Assembly (NCBI GenBank): GCA_964016885.1
Contig: OZ024742.1
Span: forward strand, 283,960,001-284,024,000
DNA from: Eledone cirrhosa
Taxonomy: Eukaryota
Length of the DNA stretch: 64,000 bases
Reading direction: 5' to 3'
Shown here: piece by piece, positions 38,054-52,058 of the stretch
How positions within the stretch are numbered: the first letter of the stretch is position 1
Layout of the letters: each line of letters begins with the position of its first letter
Position numbers and translations under genes: made by a program
The notes under the pieces: model-generated
Told to the model about the DNA's origin: nothing
The model's input: the letters and a program-made list of their open reading frames with translations, nothing else
The model's database searches: none

Positions 38054-38760
38054 TTTGTTTTTGAGTGTGGAACGGTCAAACATTTATTTACTTCAATGAC
38101 AACAAAGATTATTACATTTCATACGAAACAACAATTATTCAAAAGCAACAGATAAATTTATTCAACAACAAAAAAACAGCGATAAATCTTTTTTAAAACA
38201 TCTCTCAACGAACGTGGAAGAAAGAAGTATCAATTTATTTACTATACACAATAATATACTCTATGGGTTCACTAAACCTGCTAGAAACAGCAGCTAACTC
38301 TCCCCCATATCTCACCCCTCCCTACTGTTTTAAATTTAGAAAACACACATTAGACAACCATGCAGAACAACTCCATCGCAGCTCTGTTGTTCGGCTGGCA
38401 TCGTCTACGCGCGTGTTGCGCAAGTACTGTGAAACAATAAATTTCAATACTTCTTTGCACAGAGATAATATCCATAGGCGAAACTACAATTGTCACTGCT
38501 GACGCAGCTCCTGCTTCGGCAGTCCAGGTCTGCAATTCATTCACCCAGTGCCTGGCAGACAAAAAAGTGCTGCAATAAAATGGGTGGTGCAACCTAACTT
38601 TGGTAACTTACTGACCCCGAGCAACGCCGGGCTTTAATGCTAGTTTACATAATAAACCAACAATAAATCTAATAACTCCAACATCCAGGAGATTCCAACC
38701 AGAATGGTTGCATTTTTTAAGGGTATGTCAATATTTATTTATAAAACTAACCTATATTAT

Positions 38761-38824
38761 ATTTTATCTGATGAAAGCGCACCATAGTTTGCTCTGGTGG
38801 CCCTTGAAATATGTATATTGAAAT
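38761..38824 (+). ncRNA. Minimal type-I hammerhead ribozyme with intact core (sense to the host pre-mRNA)
   Basis: ATTTTAT-CTGATGA-AAGCGCACCA..TGGTGGCCCTT-GAAA-TATGTA-TA-TTGAAAT. Confidence 0.75.
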
Positions 38825-38955
38825 AAATATGGTTTTATAAATATAGTTTCCATTTGTTAATATATTGTATATTTACTCCAATAATTTGTTGAGTGCTTTA
38901 TATCAGTTATAAAAATATTTTGCTTGTTGTATCCCAACAAATTAAATATAACCTC

Positions 38956-39045
<90 letters not shown>

Positions 39046-39059
39046 CATGTATGCATGTG

Positions 39060-39194
<135 letters not shown>

Positions 39195-39779
39195 TTATAC
39201 ATGTATATATATATGTATATACATATACATGTATGCATGTGTATGTACTGTATATGCGCGGGGACATAGAAATAATCGGGCTGGATGCCCGATCACGCAG
39301 TTAAACCACTGGGAGTGAAGAGCCCCTAGCCCTTGTCATGGCATTCTTCTAGGAGAAGGTAACTCAGGAAACTGGAATAACTCCGACATAAAACCTGCGG
39401 CTCAGTAGTTACCGATGACGTTGATCTTTTCTTCTTTTCGGGTTATAGCTACTGTCGCTCAGAGAGTGGGATTGGCTCAGTGCACAGTCTTTCTTCACTT
39501 GAAAAAATCTTCACGCACAGGCATTGCACGATAGAATTAATTGATCATTATTAATAATGTTATATCGTGCAATGGCCATACTCGATAACGAAGGGGCAGC
39601 CATCATGTATGTATGTATGTGTGTATATGCATGCTGTATGTATATATGTATGTATGTATGTCTCTCACTCCACAACCTCCCTAAAAAAAGGATATATATA
39701 TATATATATACACATTCACACACACATACAAAAGACGACATAACTACATTTTATCCCCCCCCCCTCCCCCCTCACACAC

Positions 39780-39845
<66 letters not shown>

Positions 39846-40183
39846 ACGCACACGCGCGGCATTGTTTCTTCATAACTTGCCTAATATTTGGTAGAGATAC
39901 AGTTATGAATGTGCAGATTACGATTATATTTATAAAATTAAATAACATTTATGAATTTTCGGTCTTTACCAGAAGTTGTATATGATCTTAAAACAAAGGA
40001 TTACCAATACATGCATTTGCCTGTAACCTATACATAAATCATGTATTTAGTACTCGTTACTTAATGAGCAGTTTGAAATGGAGACTACATATCACATATA
40101 GCCTGTCTATTTCCGATTTTGCACGGGCCGGGTCACATCCAAGAAAATTGTATCATATATATTTGTTTCTCCTTTGTATGAAG

Positions 40184-40302
40184 GTATCCGTTATTCTGAA
40201 TATAGTCGCCGACTATTGTTCCAGGAATGTCTCCAGGTGCCATCTATATTTTGGAGGAAAATGGTAGCATCATCTCTGATAATACTGAAAAACAGTCACA
40301 CG
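40184..40302 (+). CDS. Host gene exon
   Basis: ctcctttgtatgaag|GT ... ACG|gtaagt; phase 1-0; GIRYSEYSRRLLFQECLQVPSIFWRKMVASSLIILKNSHT. Confidence 0.75.
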
Positions 40303-40742
40303 GTAAGTACAAATAAAACATTTTACAGAACTAGTATCAAACATGAAGGTTTAAAGGTATAAAATAAGTTGTTAATGTTAGAATTGATGGAGTGCGGACT
40401 AGTGACTAAGATGTTGGACCTACGAGCATTATGCCGTGGGTTCGATTCTTGGACGGGTTGGCACGTTGTGTGCTTGAGCAAAACACTTCATTTTACGTTG
40501 TTCCAGTCAACTCACCCGAAAATAAGTGTGATAGACTCGTGAGGTACTCTCAATCACTTAACGTCAATGAAACCGCGATAAGATCCGGTCTGATGAGCCT
40601 CCAAACTTGGAAGAGCCTTTTGTCAGAAAGTAGACAGCGATTTGACAGAGTGGTTAAAAGGTCGGAGGGAATGTTTGCAGTATTCGAGATCAACTTTGCT
40701 TTTCATCCTTTTGCGGTCGATAAAAAAGTACCTGGCGATTCT

Positions 40743-40793
<51 letters not shown>

Positions 40794-40998
40794 TTCGCTC
40801 GCTCGCGCTCTCTCTCTCTCTCTCTAGCTCTCTCTCTATCTATCTATCTATCTCTCTATCTATCTCTCTTTCTCCTTCTCTGGAAGAAATCGACTGTGTT
40901 CAGACATGAAGAGGGGATAGGTTCCACCAAGTTTAAAATACCCAAGACACGTCACTACGGCGTCCATACGACTCTATCAGGTGTCACGGGAACATACA

Positions 40999-41034
40999 TC
41001 TATATATCTAAAACAGAGAATGTCTGTCTGTCTA

Positions 41035-41104
<70 letters not shown>

Positions 41105-41330
41105 CGACTCCCTAAAACTTGAGAACCACCCAACCGATTGTTTTCAAATTTTACACATGCAATACTTATGGTCGTGTGAGTGTTTTGAGCAAAACATATT
41201 TCAAATTTTCTATGCCCTAGGCACCGCATTAGGCGCCGAACGTCGCGCCCTTGTAATATCTGTCTGTATGTCTGGCTGTCTGCATTACGACATTATGACG
41301 CTATCTGTGTGTATGTGTATATATGTGTAT

Positions 41331-41414
<84 letters not shown>

Positions 41415-41499
41415 GTAATAATAATTGTTTCTACTTTAGGCACAAGGCCAGCAATTACCCAGTGCATTACTGGTACTTTATTTAATAATATTAAATTTA

Positions 41500-41548
<49 letters not shown>

Positions 41549-41992
41549 AGTAAAAATTAGCGAGAATCGAATTTCAGCCTATGAAATAACGAAAAAACAC
41601 TTTCGAATTGTGAGGCAAGCGCTCAATAATTCAAAAGAATTAGAGCTTACAACTTACGTTAAAGGCCAAACACACTGAGATGGTGGTTAAACTAATTATC
41701 CACACAGCGAAGATTCGATCTCCTATTTCGGGTCAAACAGATATACAGATATAAAAATATATGAAAGCATAAATTATATATATATAGTGTAACGTTTTTC
41801 GAAATATTTACTCTGCGTTCACAGATTGATTTTTTTAGTTTCAGAAGATTCCGTTAAGGGTGAAAGCTGCGATTCGTCGCTTAAACTCTAATCTGTTATT
41901 TTAATAGATATAATTATATATTCGTGTACAGATATTTTTGCATACACAATAGCAAAATATAAACAAACGTATTTATTTTCACGAGGCTCGAC
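40999..41992 (+). mobile_element. Helitron (same family as 18402-18814), expanded; may extend to the CTAG at 42980
   Basis: A|TCTATATATCTAAAACAGAGAAT(GTCT)n 5' end; 41910-41990 matches 18475-18550. Confidence 0.75.
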
Positions 41993-42229
41993 AGCAACAA
42001 AAACAACAACAAAAAAGAGAGGGAACGCAATTACATGCTTTTGAAAAATTTTAATGGAAAATGATTTGCCTATTCACCCAAGGCGACTTCACTTTTTATT
42101 AGGACTTCTGCATCAATTGGTCACTGTTTTTAAGTTAGAGACATATATGTGTGTATCCCTTTCCTTCCTTTTACACACACATACATTCACACAAACACAC
42201 ATACACATTGTGTGATGGACGGGTGGACA

Positions 42230-42876
42230 GAAGTCCCTCAAATATATATACATGTGAATGGAGTTCTACTGAAGCAGTTAGAGAAGTTCAAGTATCTTGG
42301 AACCGTGTTCATGAGTGATGGAATGCAGGAGGCTGAATTAAGCGCAAGAATTGCAAAAGCTGATGCAGTGATGCGCCAGAAGGGGTAGGTGTAAAAGCCA
42401 AACTCGCTGTCTTCCTGGTATTCCTGCCAACTCTTACCGAAGATCATGAATCATGAGTAATGACCAAAAGAATACAATTGCAAATAAAAGCGGCAGAAAT
42501 GGGATTCCTCCGAAGGGTTTTTGGAGTAACGTTACTCGATAAAGTGCATAGCTCAGAGACCAGAGAGTCACTCCTGGTAGAGCCGCTACTTCTCAGAATT
42601 GAAAGATCACAACTCCGATACTATGAGCATGTGGTTAGAATGTCTCAGTAAAGAATCACTGGACACATTTTACAGGCAAAACCAAACGGCAAGAGTCCCA
42701 GAGGTAGACCCTGAGCAAGATAGTTGCATAACATCCATGAGCTTGGCTGGTCTCGCTTTGGGACCCAGCTGGATCAGTTAGAGATGTTTGTTTCTGACAG
42801 AATCGCTGGAAGGAGTGTTTGAGAAGGACTCTGCTCCCACGACCCCCTCAGATATAAGTGGGCAAAGAAGAAGATA
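42230..42876 (+). mobile_element. RTE-clade LINE 3' fragment with (GAA)n tail
   Basis: LKQLEKFKYLGTVFMSDG..ELSARIAKA; AAEMGFLRRVFGVTLLDKV; the 3' end matches 49515-49720 (-). Confidence 0.85.
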
Positions 42877-43456
42877 TTGTCGATTTACTTTTCAATTTAC
42901 ATATATATATTTGCGTATAATACCAATATGCACACTACATATGCTTCCAGAAAACCGCCTGCAGGCGGTTTTTCTGCTAGTACATTTAGTGTCAGAACTA
43001 TATATAACAAAATTTAAAATGACAAGAATTGGAAGCCAAACGATTATATGAGAACAGAATTTAATAAATTTGAAGATAAATTGTGAAAAAGTCTTTGACA
43101 ATTTTAAGCTGAATTGAGGTGAGAACAATTCAATATTGAGATTTACCTTCGTTGTTGAAAGGCGCTGCTGATGTTTTTGAGAAACGTTGCAAGGCCTGCC
43201 AACCTTTAGAAACCCAAACGGGTAGTACCATGAAAAAGGTGCCCCAAAACGGGGAGAAATCAGACATCTCTCATCCATTCCAAAGTGGGTGGGAAATCTC
43301 CCCGTCGGACGGGAAGAGTTGACAGGTCTGCGTCGCTTTCGCAAAGCAAATTGAAACAATTTCCGCAGTAATCCGATTACTGATTTGTTTTGTTTTGTTT
43401 TGTTTTTATAAATCACATATAGAAGTAAATCAGAAATGTTTCTTTATATTTTGCAG

Positions 43457-44341
43457 CACATTCATTTACCGACAAATTTCAACAACACCATTGCCAATCC
43501 AGCCAATCCGCAAAGGTCACCAATCCAACATGTAAAACCGATGTTAGTATCAGAATACAGTTTGTCTTCAAATTTTAACATAAAGACTACGACAACACCA
43601 AGAAACAAACCAAGTGAAAGCAATGCTCGTGAAGTTGCAATGGTAAATGCTTTCTGGAACCGCGATGATGATGGCGCCAATGGCTTCCTTGGCGTCCGTG
43701 GAGTTACTGATTCTCCTGTAGATTTTAAACAGAACATCTTCAAGAACCCCATAAAAAAGCAAAACAATTTGGTGAAACCAACAAAGGTTAAAAGAATCAG
43801 TAATATAAAACTTCAGAAACATCCGAAATTAAAATCCGGGCTTCTATTTGATAAGCAGAAAGAAAGGGAAGGTGGCGTTGACCGAAAAAATATTTCTTTT
43901 AAATTTCCATTATTCACCTCGGAGAATCATCGAATAACAAAGCCGAAGGAATCAACAGAACAATTTGGTCCAATAAAACATACATTCCTTCATGGTAATC
44001 TTATAAATAATCTTCCAATACCAGATAAACGAAAGTTATTACAAGTTACACCTAAATTATATGACCTCAATCAAAGAGAAACGGGAAAACTTGGTGACGC
44101 ACTGCGAAGTAAACAAATGAAGTTAGATGCTGGGCCAAGTAGAGTCAGTGAAACCACAGCATTAAGAGCAGATAACTCGAAACAGTCTTTGCTGGGACGA
44201 TATCAATCAAATAGTAAGATATCAAGATATAGTAAACAAATGGAAATCATCGAAAGCCGCAGGAAGAAGATAATTCCGGGAGTAACTGTCAAAGAATCTA
44301 GAGGGGGTTTTCAAACTGATACAGGCAACATTTACGACATG
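43457..44341 (+). CDS. Host gene large exon (basic, probably disordered linker)
   Basis: tttatattttgcag|CAC ... ATG|gtaaat; 885 nt open, phase 0-0, non-repetitive. Confidence 0.85.
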
Positions 44342-44603
44342 GTAAATATAGGTATTGTTATTGTTGTTGTTGTTGAAATCTTTATTTAAATTTCTGGCTT
44401 ATATGGGTGTTAAACATTTGGTCAAAACGGGATCAGTGTGTTAGGAGCCTAAAATTAAATATTAAATATTAAACTATTGATAAGGCATTTATCTCTGTAT
44501 AACAGTAGATGCAATAAACTATATGGAGGAAGGTAGTGTTTATTTGAGGGGAGTGGGAAAGAGAATAATAAAGCGTAAGGCTGACGAAATATATATATAT
44601 ACA

Positions 44604-44661
<58 letters not shown>

Positions 44662-44662
<1 letters not shown>

Positions 44663-44830
44663 AAAAGGCAAACAGAAATAACAAAGCAAACGACACAATA
44701 CAATGAACAAATATATTATTGTTTTACGCTTGATATAATAGGAAAAGAGTCTTAACGCTTCAGACGCTAGTCCTTCATCAGAAGATAGAATGAGAAATTA
44801 AAGAAGAATAGAAAGATTGAGGAGACGAGC
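44662..44830 (-). mobile_element. Penelope-type terminus with minimal hammerhead (44750-44785); related copies at 4790-4872 and 47088-47230
   Basis: TCTT-CTGATGA-A-GGAC.TAGC.GTCT-GAAG-CG-TT-AAGA; sister copies retain GTCC-GAAA-CG-TA and AAA-CG-TC; all end at CA or TACA microsatellites. Confidence 0.7.
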
Positions 44831-44877
44831 AGGGCGGAAACTGAAAAAAGTTTTTAAAGGAAAATAAGAGGTCTATA

Positions 44878-45385
44878 CATGATGGCTGCAAACTCTGCTA
44901 AGAGTACTGCAATCGCTTGTCAGACCATAGAGTTTGGTGCACTTTTAGGTTACGGCCAGTCACACAAACCTGTAACATATTCTGAACAAGCAATGCCTGT
45001 GCTTTGAAGGTTTTTAAGTGGCGAAAGGCCTTGCACTCGACCAATCCCACTCTCTGAGCATCGAAAATACTATCCGAAAAGGAGAACTGGTCAACATCAT
45101 CGGATGCTTCCGAAACCGCAGGGGGGGGGGGTCAGAGTTTCTCTATCTTAGAAAGGTGTTGTGGCAACAACTGGGGGCCTTTCACTCCCAGGTGAAAGAA
45201 AAAGTACTATTTGGATGGCCGTTGACTCTGCTGAGTTACTCCGTCCTTCGCTGGGTCTTGTATTTCAACCCGCAGGGTGTCCAAATATCACCCTCCTCGC
45301 CAAGCAAGCTTGGTGGGGATGACCCGACCATGAGACAGGTTGTACTGGGTTACTTGTTACCAGTAGCACTCGAGAGCAATCTGAC
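44878..45385 (-). mobile_element. Bipartite RTE-derived element, copy 4 (diverged)
   Basis: Same 5' start after (ATGT)n and the same 3' GCAGCCATCATGTA end as copies 1-3. Confidence 0.7.
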
Positions 45386-45644
45386 ATACATACATACATA
45401 CGTACATACATACATACATACATACATACATACATACATACATACATACATACATACATACATACATACATACATACATAACATTAGCAGTTGTCTTTTT
45501 ATATACATAATGTTTCCCTCTACCTATATGATATCTGTACATATCTCTCTTCTAAAATAACTAATATATACTTCTCTTCTTAAAACGCAATACGACCACA
45601 AGTAATTCCTGATTACAATCACGTAACTGTTACCTTATATTTAG

Positions 45645-45750
45645 ATCGTAACTGAAGAGAAAAAGTTTGACAGGCTCTGGAGAACGACCCGGCATCTTTT
45701 TCCAGTAGAGCGGAATGCTGAGAAAATCAGTTTTACAGTGTTGACATTTG
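45645..45750 (+). CDS. Host gene exon; start of methyltransferase-like unit 2
   Basis: ccttatatttag|ATC ... TTTG|gtaaga; phase 0-1; IVTEEKKFDRLWRTTRHLFPVERNAEKISFTVLTF(G). Confidence 0.82.
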
Positions 45751-46299
45751 GTAAGACCTTCTGGTTTTGTTATATCTGTGTTGTTGTTTAGCCATAGGCC
45801 AGCTCTGATTGAGCTAACCCTTGATCAAAGATATTCCAGCCATGACCATCCTCTTTGTCATGTTTTGTTGTTTTGTCCCGGGTTAGCCTGAACAAGCTGA
45901 CCCAATCGTGACCATCACGTCTTTCATTGAGATGTGGTGTATCTTAGATGACAGCGTGTGATTTAAGAGAGTCTGTTTGGCTGCTATTTCTAGCAGGTCG
46001 AACAATCACTTAGAGACTCTCTTGTTGGCACATTGTGGTTGCGGTTGATCATGATGATAGTGATGATAATGGTTATGGTGGTGGCATTTGTTATTGTTTT
46101 TGTTGTTGTTTAGCCCCAAGTCAGTTCTGATAAAGCAGACAGACCTATGATAATTCTGACATTTAGCAAAAGAAGTGTGTGTATTTCGGTCTTTAAGGGT
46201 TTATAAGGGTTATTTGTTGCAAAATCTTCATTCAAAGAATGTTACCGTTTAGTGTATTAATCCTAGGAAAATTTTGAAAGGCAAAATATCTTGGACCAG

Positions 46300-46645
46300 A
46301 ATATTTTGTTCTAGTGAGCTTTCCTCTTTATTGCCTCGTCATCGCGAATCTAAACAGAACAGCAGATTAGTGGCTAGATCTCATCCATTTACAGTTAAAG
46401 TTCCTAAATGCAATCGCATATTCCATTCTGATAGTATCTTTCTTGGCACTTCGCCTATGGAATTCTCTTCCAGCTTCTTGCTTTCCTGAACATAACAATT
46501 TGCAAAAATCCAGAAGTAACATATCGTCACCTTCTCTCTCTTTGAATTATCATCTCTCTCTCTTGTCCTTTTCCATTCTCAGTAACCCCTTGCATTTCAG
46601 TGACTTTATTGCTTTGCGTTTGGTGAGTGAATTATAAAAACAAAA
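46300..46645 (+). mobile_element. CR1/Jockey-group LINE 3' end fragment
   Basis: CSSELSSLLP..HPFTVKVPKC..LWNSLPASCFPEHNNLQK, frameshifted, followed by an A-rich end. Confidence 0.65.
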
Positions 46646-46877
46646 TGCGAACATAGCACCAAATGTGAACGAATAGTGGAGTCTCATCTCCTATATACTT
46701 CGTCACGCCACTATATTCACCTCACATGTGTTAACAGTTGTACCAAACAACACACTTACAATGTTCTCGAATTTTTATTCACTACAAGTTGACGCCGTGG
46801 AAACTCCATGGTTTAATTAGAAAACAGCTATTAATTATTAAAGATCAATTTTAAGTTTTATATTTATTAGTATATAC

Positions 46878-47018
<141 letters not shown>

Positions 47019-47270
47019 TGTGCGTGCGTGTGTGTCTGCGTCTGTGTGTGTGTGTCTGTGTGTGTGTGTCTGCGTCTGTGTGTATGCGAAAAATAAATGG
47101 AAGTAACAAAAGCAAACAACACAATACAATAAAGAAATATATTTGTTTAACACTTGATATAATAGGAAAAGAGTCTTTACGTTTCGGACACTAGTCCAAA
47201 AGATAAAATGAGAAGAGGAAGGAATGGAAAAATACTTTTTGAGAAAAGGCACGTGTGTGTGTTCAGTCAA

Positions 47271-47318
<48 letters not shown>

Positions 47319-47481
47319 CGAAGGAAGTGTGGTAAGCAACCAGATGGACCATAACGCACCAGAGTACTCAATACTTAGAGTAGTAGAGTGGGTAATAGGA
47401 AAATGTTCAAGACCCCGACAGCAGAGCTCAAGCCGTTTCTGGAAATAGTCCAGAAATAGCCGTCGGGGTCTTGAACATTTT

Positions 47482-47530
<49 letters not shown>

Positions 47531-47619
47531 TCACACACGAGCTGTTCCGTTGGCCAGTCCTTGACTTCGTAATGATTCAAATGACTGACAATAAATAAAA
47601 TCACAGTAAATATACAAGC

Positions 47620-47895
47620 TTTTATTTACATAAATTATCAAAATTTCAGAAAGAACATAACCAGAGAAGAAAAAATAGTAAGACTACAACAAGCAGGAAA
47701 ACATAGTGAGAAGATATGCACATTTGATTATACACCACAAGTGGTGCTGGAGCTTCCCTCTAATAATTTTTAAGCAAGCCAGCACACTGATGGTCTTACT
47801 GCAAGTGATAGAGAAGCTAAGGCACTGAAATAACCAAGCACCCTCGCAACTATCACCTGATACATGGGTAAGGTGAGCCGCCAAAAATGACAAAA
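47620..47895 (-). mobile_element. CRE-clade RLE C-terminal fragment
   Basis: FLSFLAAHLTHVSGDSCEGAWLFQCLSFSIT..ISVLAC, paralogous to 1261-1441. Confidence 0.7.
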
Positions 47896-48016
47896 ACCTC
47901 ATTTTCAGTGGACCAGCTCCCCCAAACGTCTCGAATGCTACAGGTTGGGAAAAGTAGTTTGCCTATTAATTTCTGCACAGTTGTTTTTGATAACATCGAT
48001 AGCAAATATTTTTCAG

Positions 48017-48125
48017 GGTCTCTTCACATGACATTCTTTGCTGCCAAAATTGGTCTATTGTACCCTCGGTCTGTCATAGTGAATGTAGTTATACAGGAAC
48101 ATGCTCTTACTATGGAATCTTACAG
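48017..48125 (+). CDS. Host gene exon
   Basis: atttttcag|GG ... TACAG|gtaagt; phase 1-2; (G)SLHMTFFAAKIGLLYPRSVIVNVVIQEHALTMESY(R). An alternative in-frame acceptor lies at 47981. Confidence 0.82.
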
Positions 48126-49367
48126 GTAAGTCTACTATACCTATCTACTACGTGGACGCTACGAACCAGTGAGGGAGCCTCTACATGTCCTATCTATCTG
48201 CTGGAAATAGCAGTCAAATATTCCTTAACCCTTTCAATACTGTAGAGACATATACATCCCAAAGTATAGTTTGCATTCTACTGAATAGTCTTTCTTTCTT
48301 ATAAAAATGGTATTTTCTCAAAGCTAGGTGTAGTTGACTTATTTGTTGCCTAGCATATGATTCGGTTGAAATAACCAATCCCCCTCGCGAGGATCACCCA
48401 ATACATTGGTAAGGTAAGTCGCCAACAATAACATAAATCTTGTTGTCAATGGCTCAGCTCCCATAAACGCCTCGAACGTCACAGGTTGAAAAAGGTAGTA
48501 TGGCACCAATCTATTTTGTGTTCAGTTGTTTGGCAGTATCGGTAGAGGGTCGGGCGCCATGCTTTGCAGCATAGAGTTACCTCCCTTTATGATCTGAGTT
48601 CAAATCTCGCCGAGGTTAACTTTGCCTTTCATCCTTACGGGGTCGATAAAGTACCAGTAATGCACTGGGATAATTGCTGGCCTGGTGCCAAAAGTAGAAA
48701 CAATTTTATATATTATATATATAATATATAATTTTTTATACAAGGGGCAGTGGATTGGCAGTATCGGTAGAGGGTTGGATGCTATGCTTTGCAGCATAGA
48801 GTTGCGTCCTTTTACGGCCTGAGTTCAAATACTGTCGAGGTTAACTTTGCCCTTCAACCTTACGGGGTCGATAAAATAAAGTACCAGTAATGCACTGGGA
48901 TAATTGCTGGCTTTGTGCCAAAAGTAGAAACAATTATATATATTTTTCATTGCGTTATTGAACACCGTAGGATATACATATGTTACATTAAGAAATTAAT
49001 CATGTGTTGTATAACATGTATGAATAGACTCCTGCGTGTCTTGAGCATTTAAAACCTGGCGGAGCCCATCTCCCTGTTTTGATCTGAAAGCAGCTTATTT
49101 TGTCCAGATGAGAGAGAGGGAGAGAGAGTTATAGAGGAAGAGTTGACCACAGTACTTGACTGGTAATTTTTTATCGACCTTGAAAGGATGAAAAGCAAAG
49201 TTGACCTCAGTGGAATTTGAACTCAGAGAGCGCAGAGAAGAAAGCGTAATGATGGTATTGGTAATGTTGAGGATAATAATTAAATGATCTGATGATAATA
49301 ATTATGATAACGGTGATGATTATGATGACGAAGATGATGATTTACCAAGGATGTTTGATTCTTTTAG

Positions 49368-49464
49368 GAATGTACTGACCACTAACGTGATAACAGCAGT
49401 CAATGATGCTGATGCTGATGTTGTTGCTACTCTTTACAGCAAAGCAAATCTTTTCAAATTCCAG
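49368..49464 (+). CDS. Host gene exon
   Basis: gattcttttag|G ... CAG|gtaagg; phase 2-0; NVLTTNVITAVNDADADVVATLYSKANLFKFQ. Confidence 0.82.
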
Positions 49465-49514
49465 GTAAGGTACTACTCAACAATATCCAGAATGCCCCCA
49501 TCAAATTGTTAATC

Positions 49515-50140
49515 TTCTTCTTCTTCTTCTTCTTCTTCTTCTTCTTCCCGTCATTCCTGAGAGGATCGTGGGGGCAGAGTCCTCAAATACTCCTTCCAGC
49601 GGGTCTTGTCAGAAGCAACCATCTCAAACTGATCCGACTGGATCCCCAAGCGAGACCATCCAAGCTTGTGGATGTTATCCAACCATCTTGTTCGAGGTCT
49701 ACCCCTGGATCTCCTGCCGGTTGGTGTTGTTATTGTTTCTTATCTGTTTGAGTATGTGTTAAGAGAGGGGCTGAGCTGTCAACTGATCACCATCTAATTA
49801 TCTGCAACTTAACACTACCTAAAGCCTAAGAAGCCCACAAAACTGGCAGATCCAGGGTGACCTAAAGGATAAAGTGGGAAGCGTTGGTAGATAAGGAAGC
49901 CAGGACCAGGTGTGCAAATACTATTGCATCAACATTTAGAAAACTCCCTAAGTAAACTGATGAGGTGTTGAGACTGGAGTGGAGATTGTTCAGTTCAGCA
50001 ATTTCTGCTTCAGCTGTTAAATGCTGCAGGCGAAAGAGGCTTGGTGTGACGCCGGATGGCAGGAGGACCCCTTGGTCCAATCAAGAGGTCAAAGATGCCA
50101 TCCGAGCAAAGAAAGAGGCATACAAAGCTTGGCTTAAATT
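49515..50140. mobile_element. RTE LINE fragments in inverted arrangement
   Basis: 3' end with (GAA)n on the - strand (49515-49720) and an EN-RT linker piece RRTPWSNQEVKDAIRAKKEAYKAWL on the + strand (49840-50140). Confidence 0.7.
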
Positions 50141-51126
50141 GTTAATCATTTAAAAAATGTCTAACTGTTAAACAGTTTCGCCAATCTATTGTATCTGCAT
50201 TGGCAAAGTTAACCTCGGAGGTATTTGAACTCAAGCTGAAACAAATAGCAAGGACTTTCATGCGACACTGTCACAAAAGTTGTGCCCCACTAAGGTCGCA
50301 GTCAAATGATTGAAACCAGTAAAATAATTGTTTCTACTTTTGGTACAAGGCCAGCAATTACCCCAGTGCATTACTGGTGCTTTATTTTATCGACCCCGTA
50401 GGGATGACAGGCAAAGTTAGCCACGGCGGGATTTTAACTCAGAACGTAAAGGGCCATAACTCTATGCTGTAAAGCATTGTGTCTGCCGCTCTACCGATAC
50501 TGCTAATCCATAACCAGTAAAATGATTTCTAATTTAGGCGCAAGGTTAACAATTTGTGGGAAGGGGAAAGTCAATTATACCGACCCCTTTGCTTGAGTGC
50601 TTCTTTATTTTATTGACCTCAGCAGGATTAAAGGTAAAGTTGATTTCGGTGGAATATGAACTCAGAACATAATGACCCTGGAACAAGTACTGCTAAGCAT
50701 TTGTTTGACGCTCTACCGACTCTGTTAATCCACTGCCCTGAAACCAGTAACATAAAAGAACTATACTTTTGATTTTTGTGAAAAGTTCTGTTGTAATTTT
50801 TTGATAAGTGTGTGTGGGGGGGGGGGGGGGGGGGGGGGTCGAAGCTTTCATATATATATATACATACATATATAACAAAGTGTTGTCGTTTCCTTGAAGC
50901 ATTGTGGAATAAGAAATACAAATTTAAGTAAGTTTAAATATTTGGAAGTCCGACAATGCGTGCGAAATTAATAAAATTCCTAAGGTAAAATTTTACCTTT
51001 CTCACTCTTATCTTAGTCCTTTTATTCTCTATAACTCCTATCACTTTGCCACTTTTATATATTAACGCTTCACAAAGTCTAAATTCAACACCATGTATAA
51101 CTGTAGACCATGTTGTGTAACTTCAG

Positions 51127-51315
51127 GTTTTAGACCAACATATCTTCAGCAATGTCCTCCCATTGAAAGAAAAATTCGTGACCCACTTGGGAAAACTGCT
51201 GAGTTTGGCTGAAGTCAGCGTCTTAGAACTGCCACAACTTGACCATTTCATTGAAGTCTCATATCTTTTTGGAATTGACATTTTCAAGGAACATTCACAG
51301 AAATATTGGATAAAG
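51127..51315 (+). CDS. Host gene exon (last one found; no stop reached)
   Basis: aacttcag|GTT ... AAG|gttagt; phase 0-0; VLDQHIFSNVLPLKEKFVTHLGKLLSLAEVSVLELPQLDHFIEVSYLFG...YWIK. Confidence 0.82.
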
Positions 51316-51322
51316 GTTAGTT

Positions 51323-51364
<42 letters not shown>

Positions 51365-52058
51365 AGAGCCTGCGTGTTTGTGTTCATACATGTACAAACA
51401 TATATTCACCTTTCATATATATTTTTACATTCATACATAGACATAGGCACCCACGTACACATAAGATACCCATATATATTCACATATATACACATATATG
51501 CAGTCAGTCAGGCCTACTCATACACACACACACACACATATATATATATACATATATACATATATATGTGCGCATGCACACGCACACACACACACACATA
51601 TATACACACATTTGTATATATACATACACACGCACACACACATATATATATATACACACACACACGTATATATGCTCACTCACACACAGACACACACCCA
51701 TACACATACGTACGCACACATATGAAAATATACTGTACAAAATGATTAAGAAGGTGCGTAGAAGCTTGCATATGATGCTGGATTTCGGGTGGTTCACAAA
51801 GAAATAATACGTGGAGAAATACGTAAAAATACAGAAAACGTACAAAAACGTACATGTGGGGAATTCGTCAAAGAATGCACGCAGCATCTCACATAGCGGT
51901 ATATACGCATATGCAGACACGCTTCGATGCACATGTACGTTTTTGTACGTGTGTGTGTCTGCTTGTGTGTGTGTGTATATATCCGCACAGGTAAGTGTGC
52001 GATTAACGACTGGGAATGTCTACGTATGTGTGATCACACGTGCGTGTGGGTGTGTGTG

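Noticed and set aside
40589-40620. CTGATGAG as a hammerhead core (also at ~49957)
   Set aside because: No correctly placed GAAA, stem III or UH; these lie in a SINE tail and in RTE coding sequence.
40431-41678. 415-aa ORF
   Set aside because: A patchwork of SINE, microsatellite and Helitron sequence with no coherent domain.
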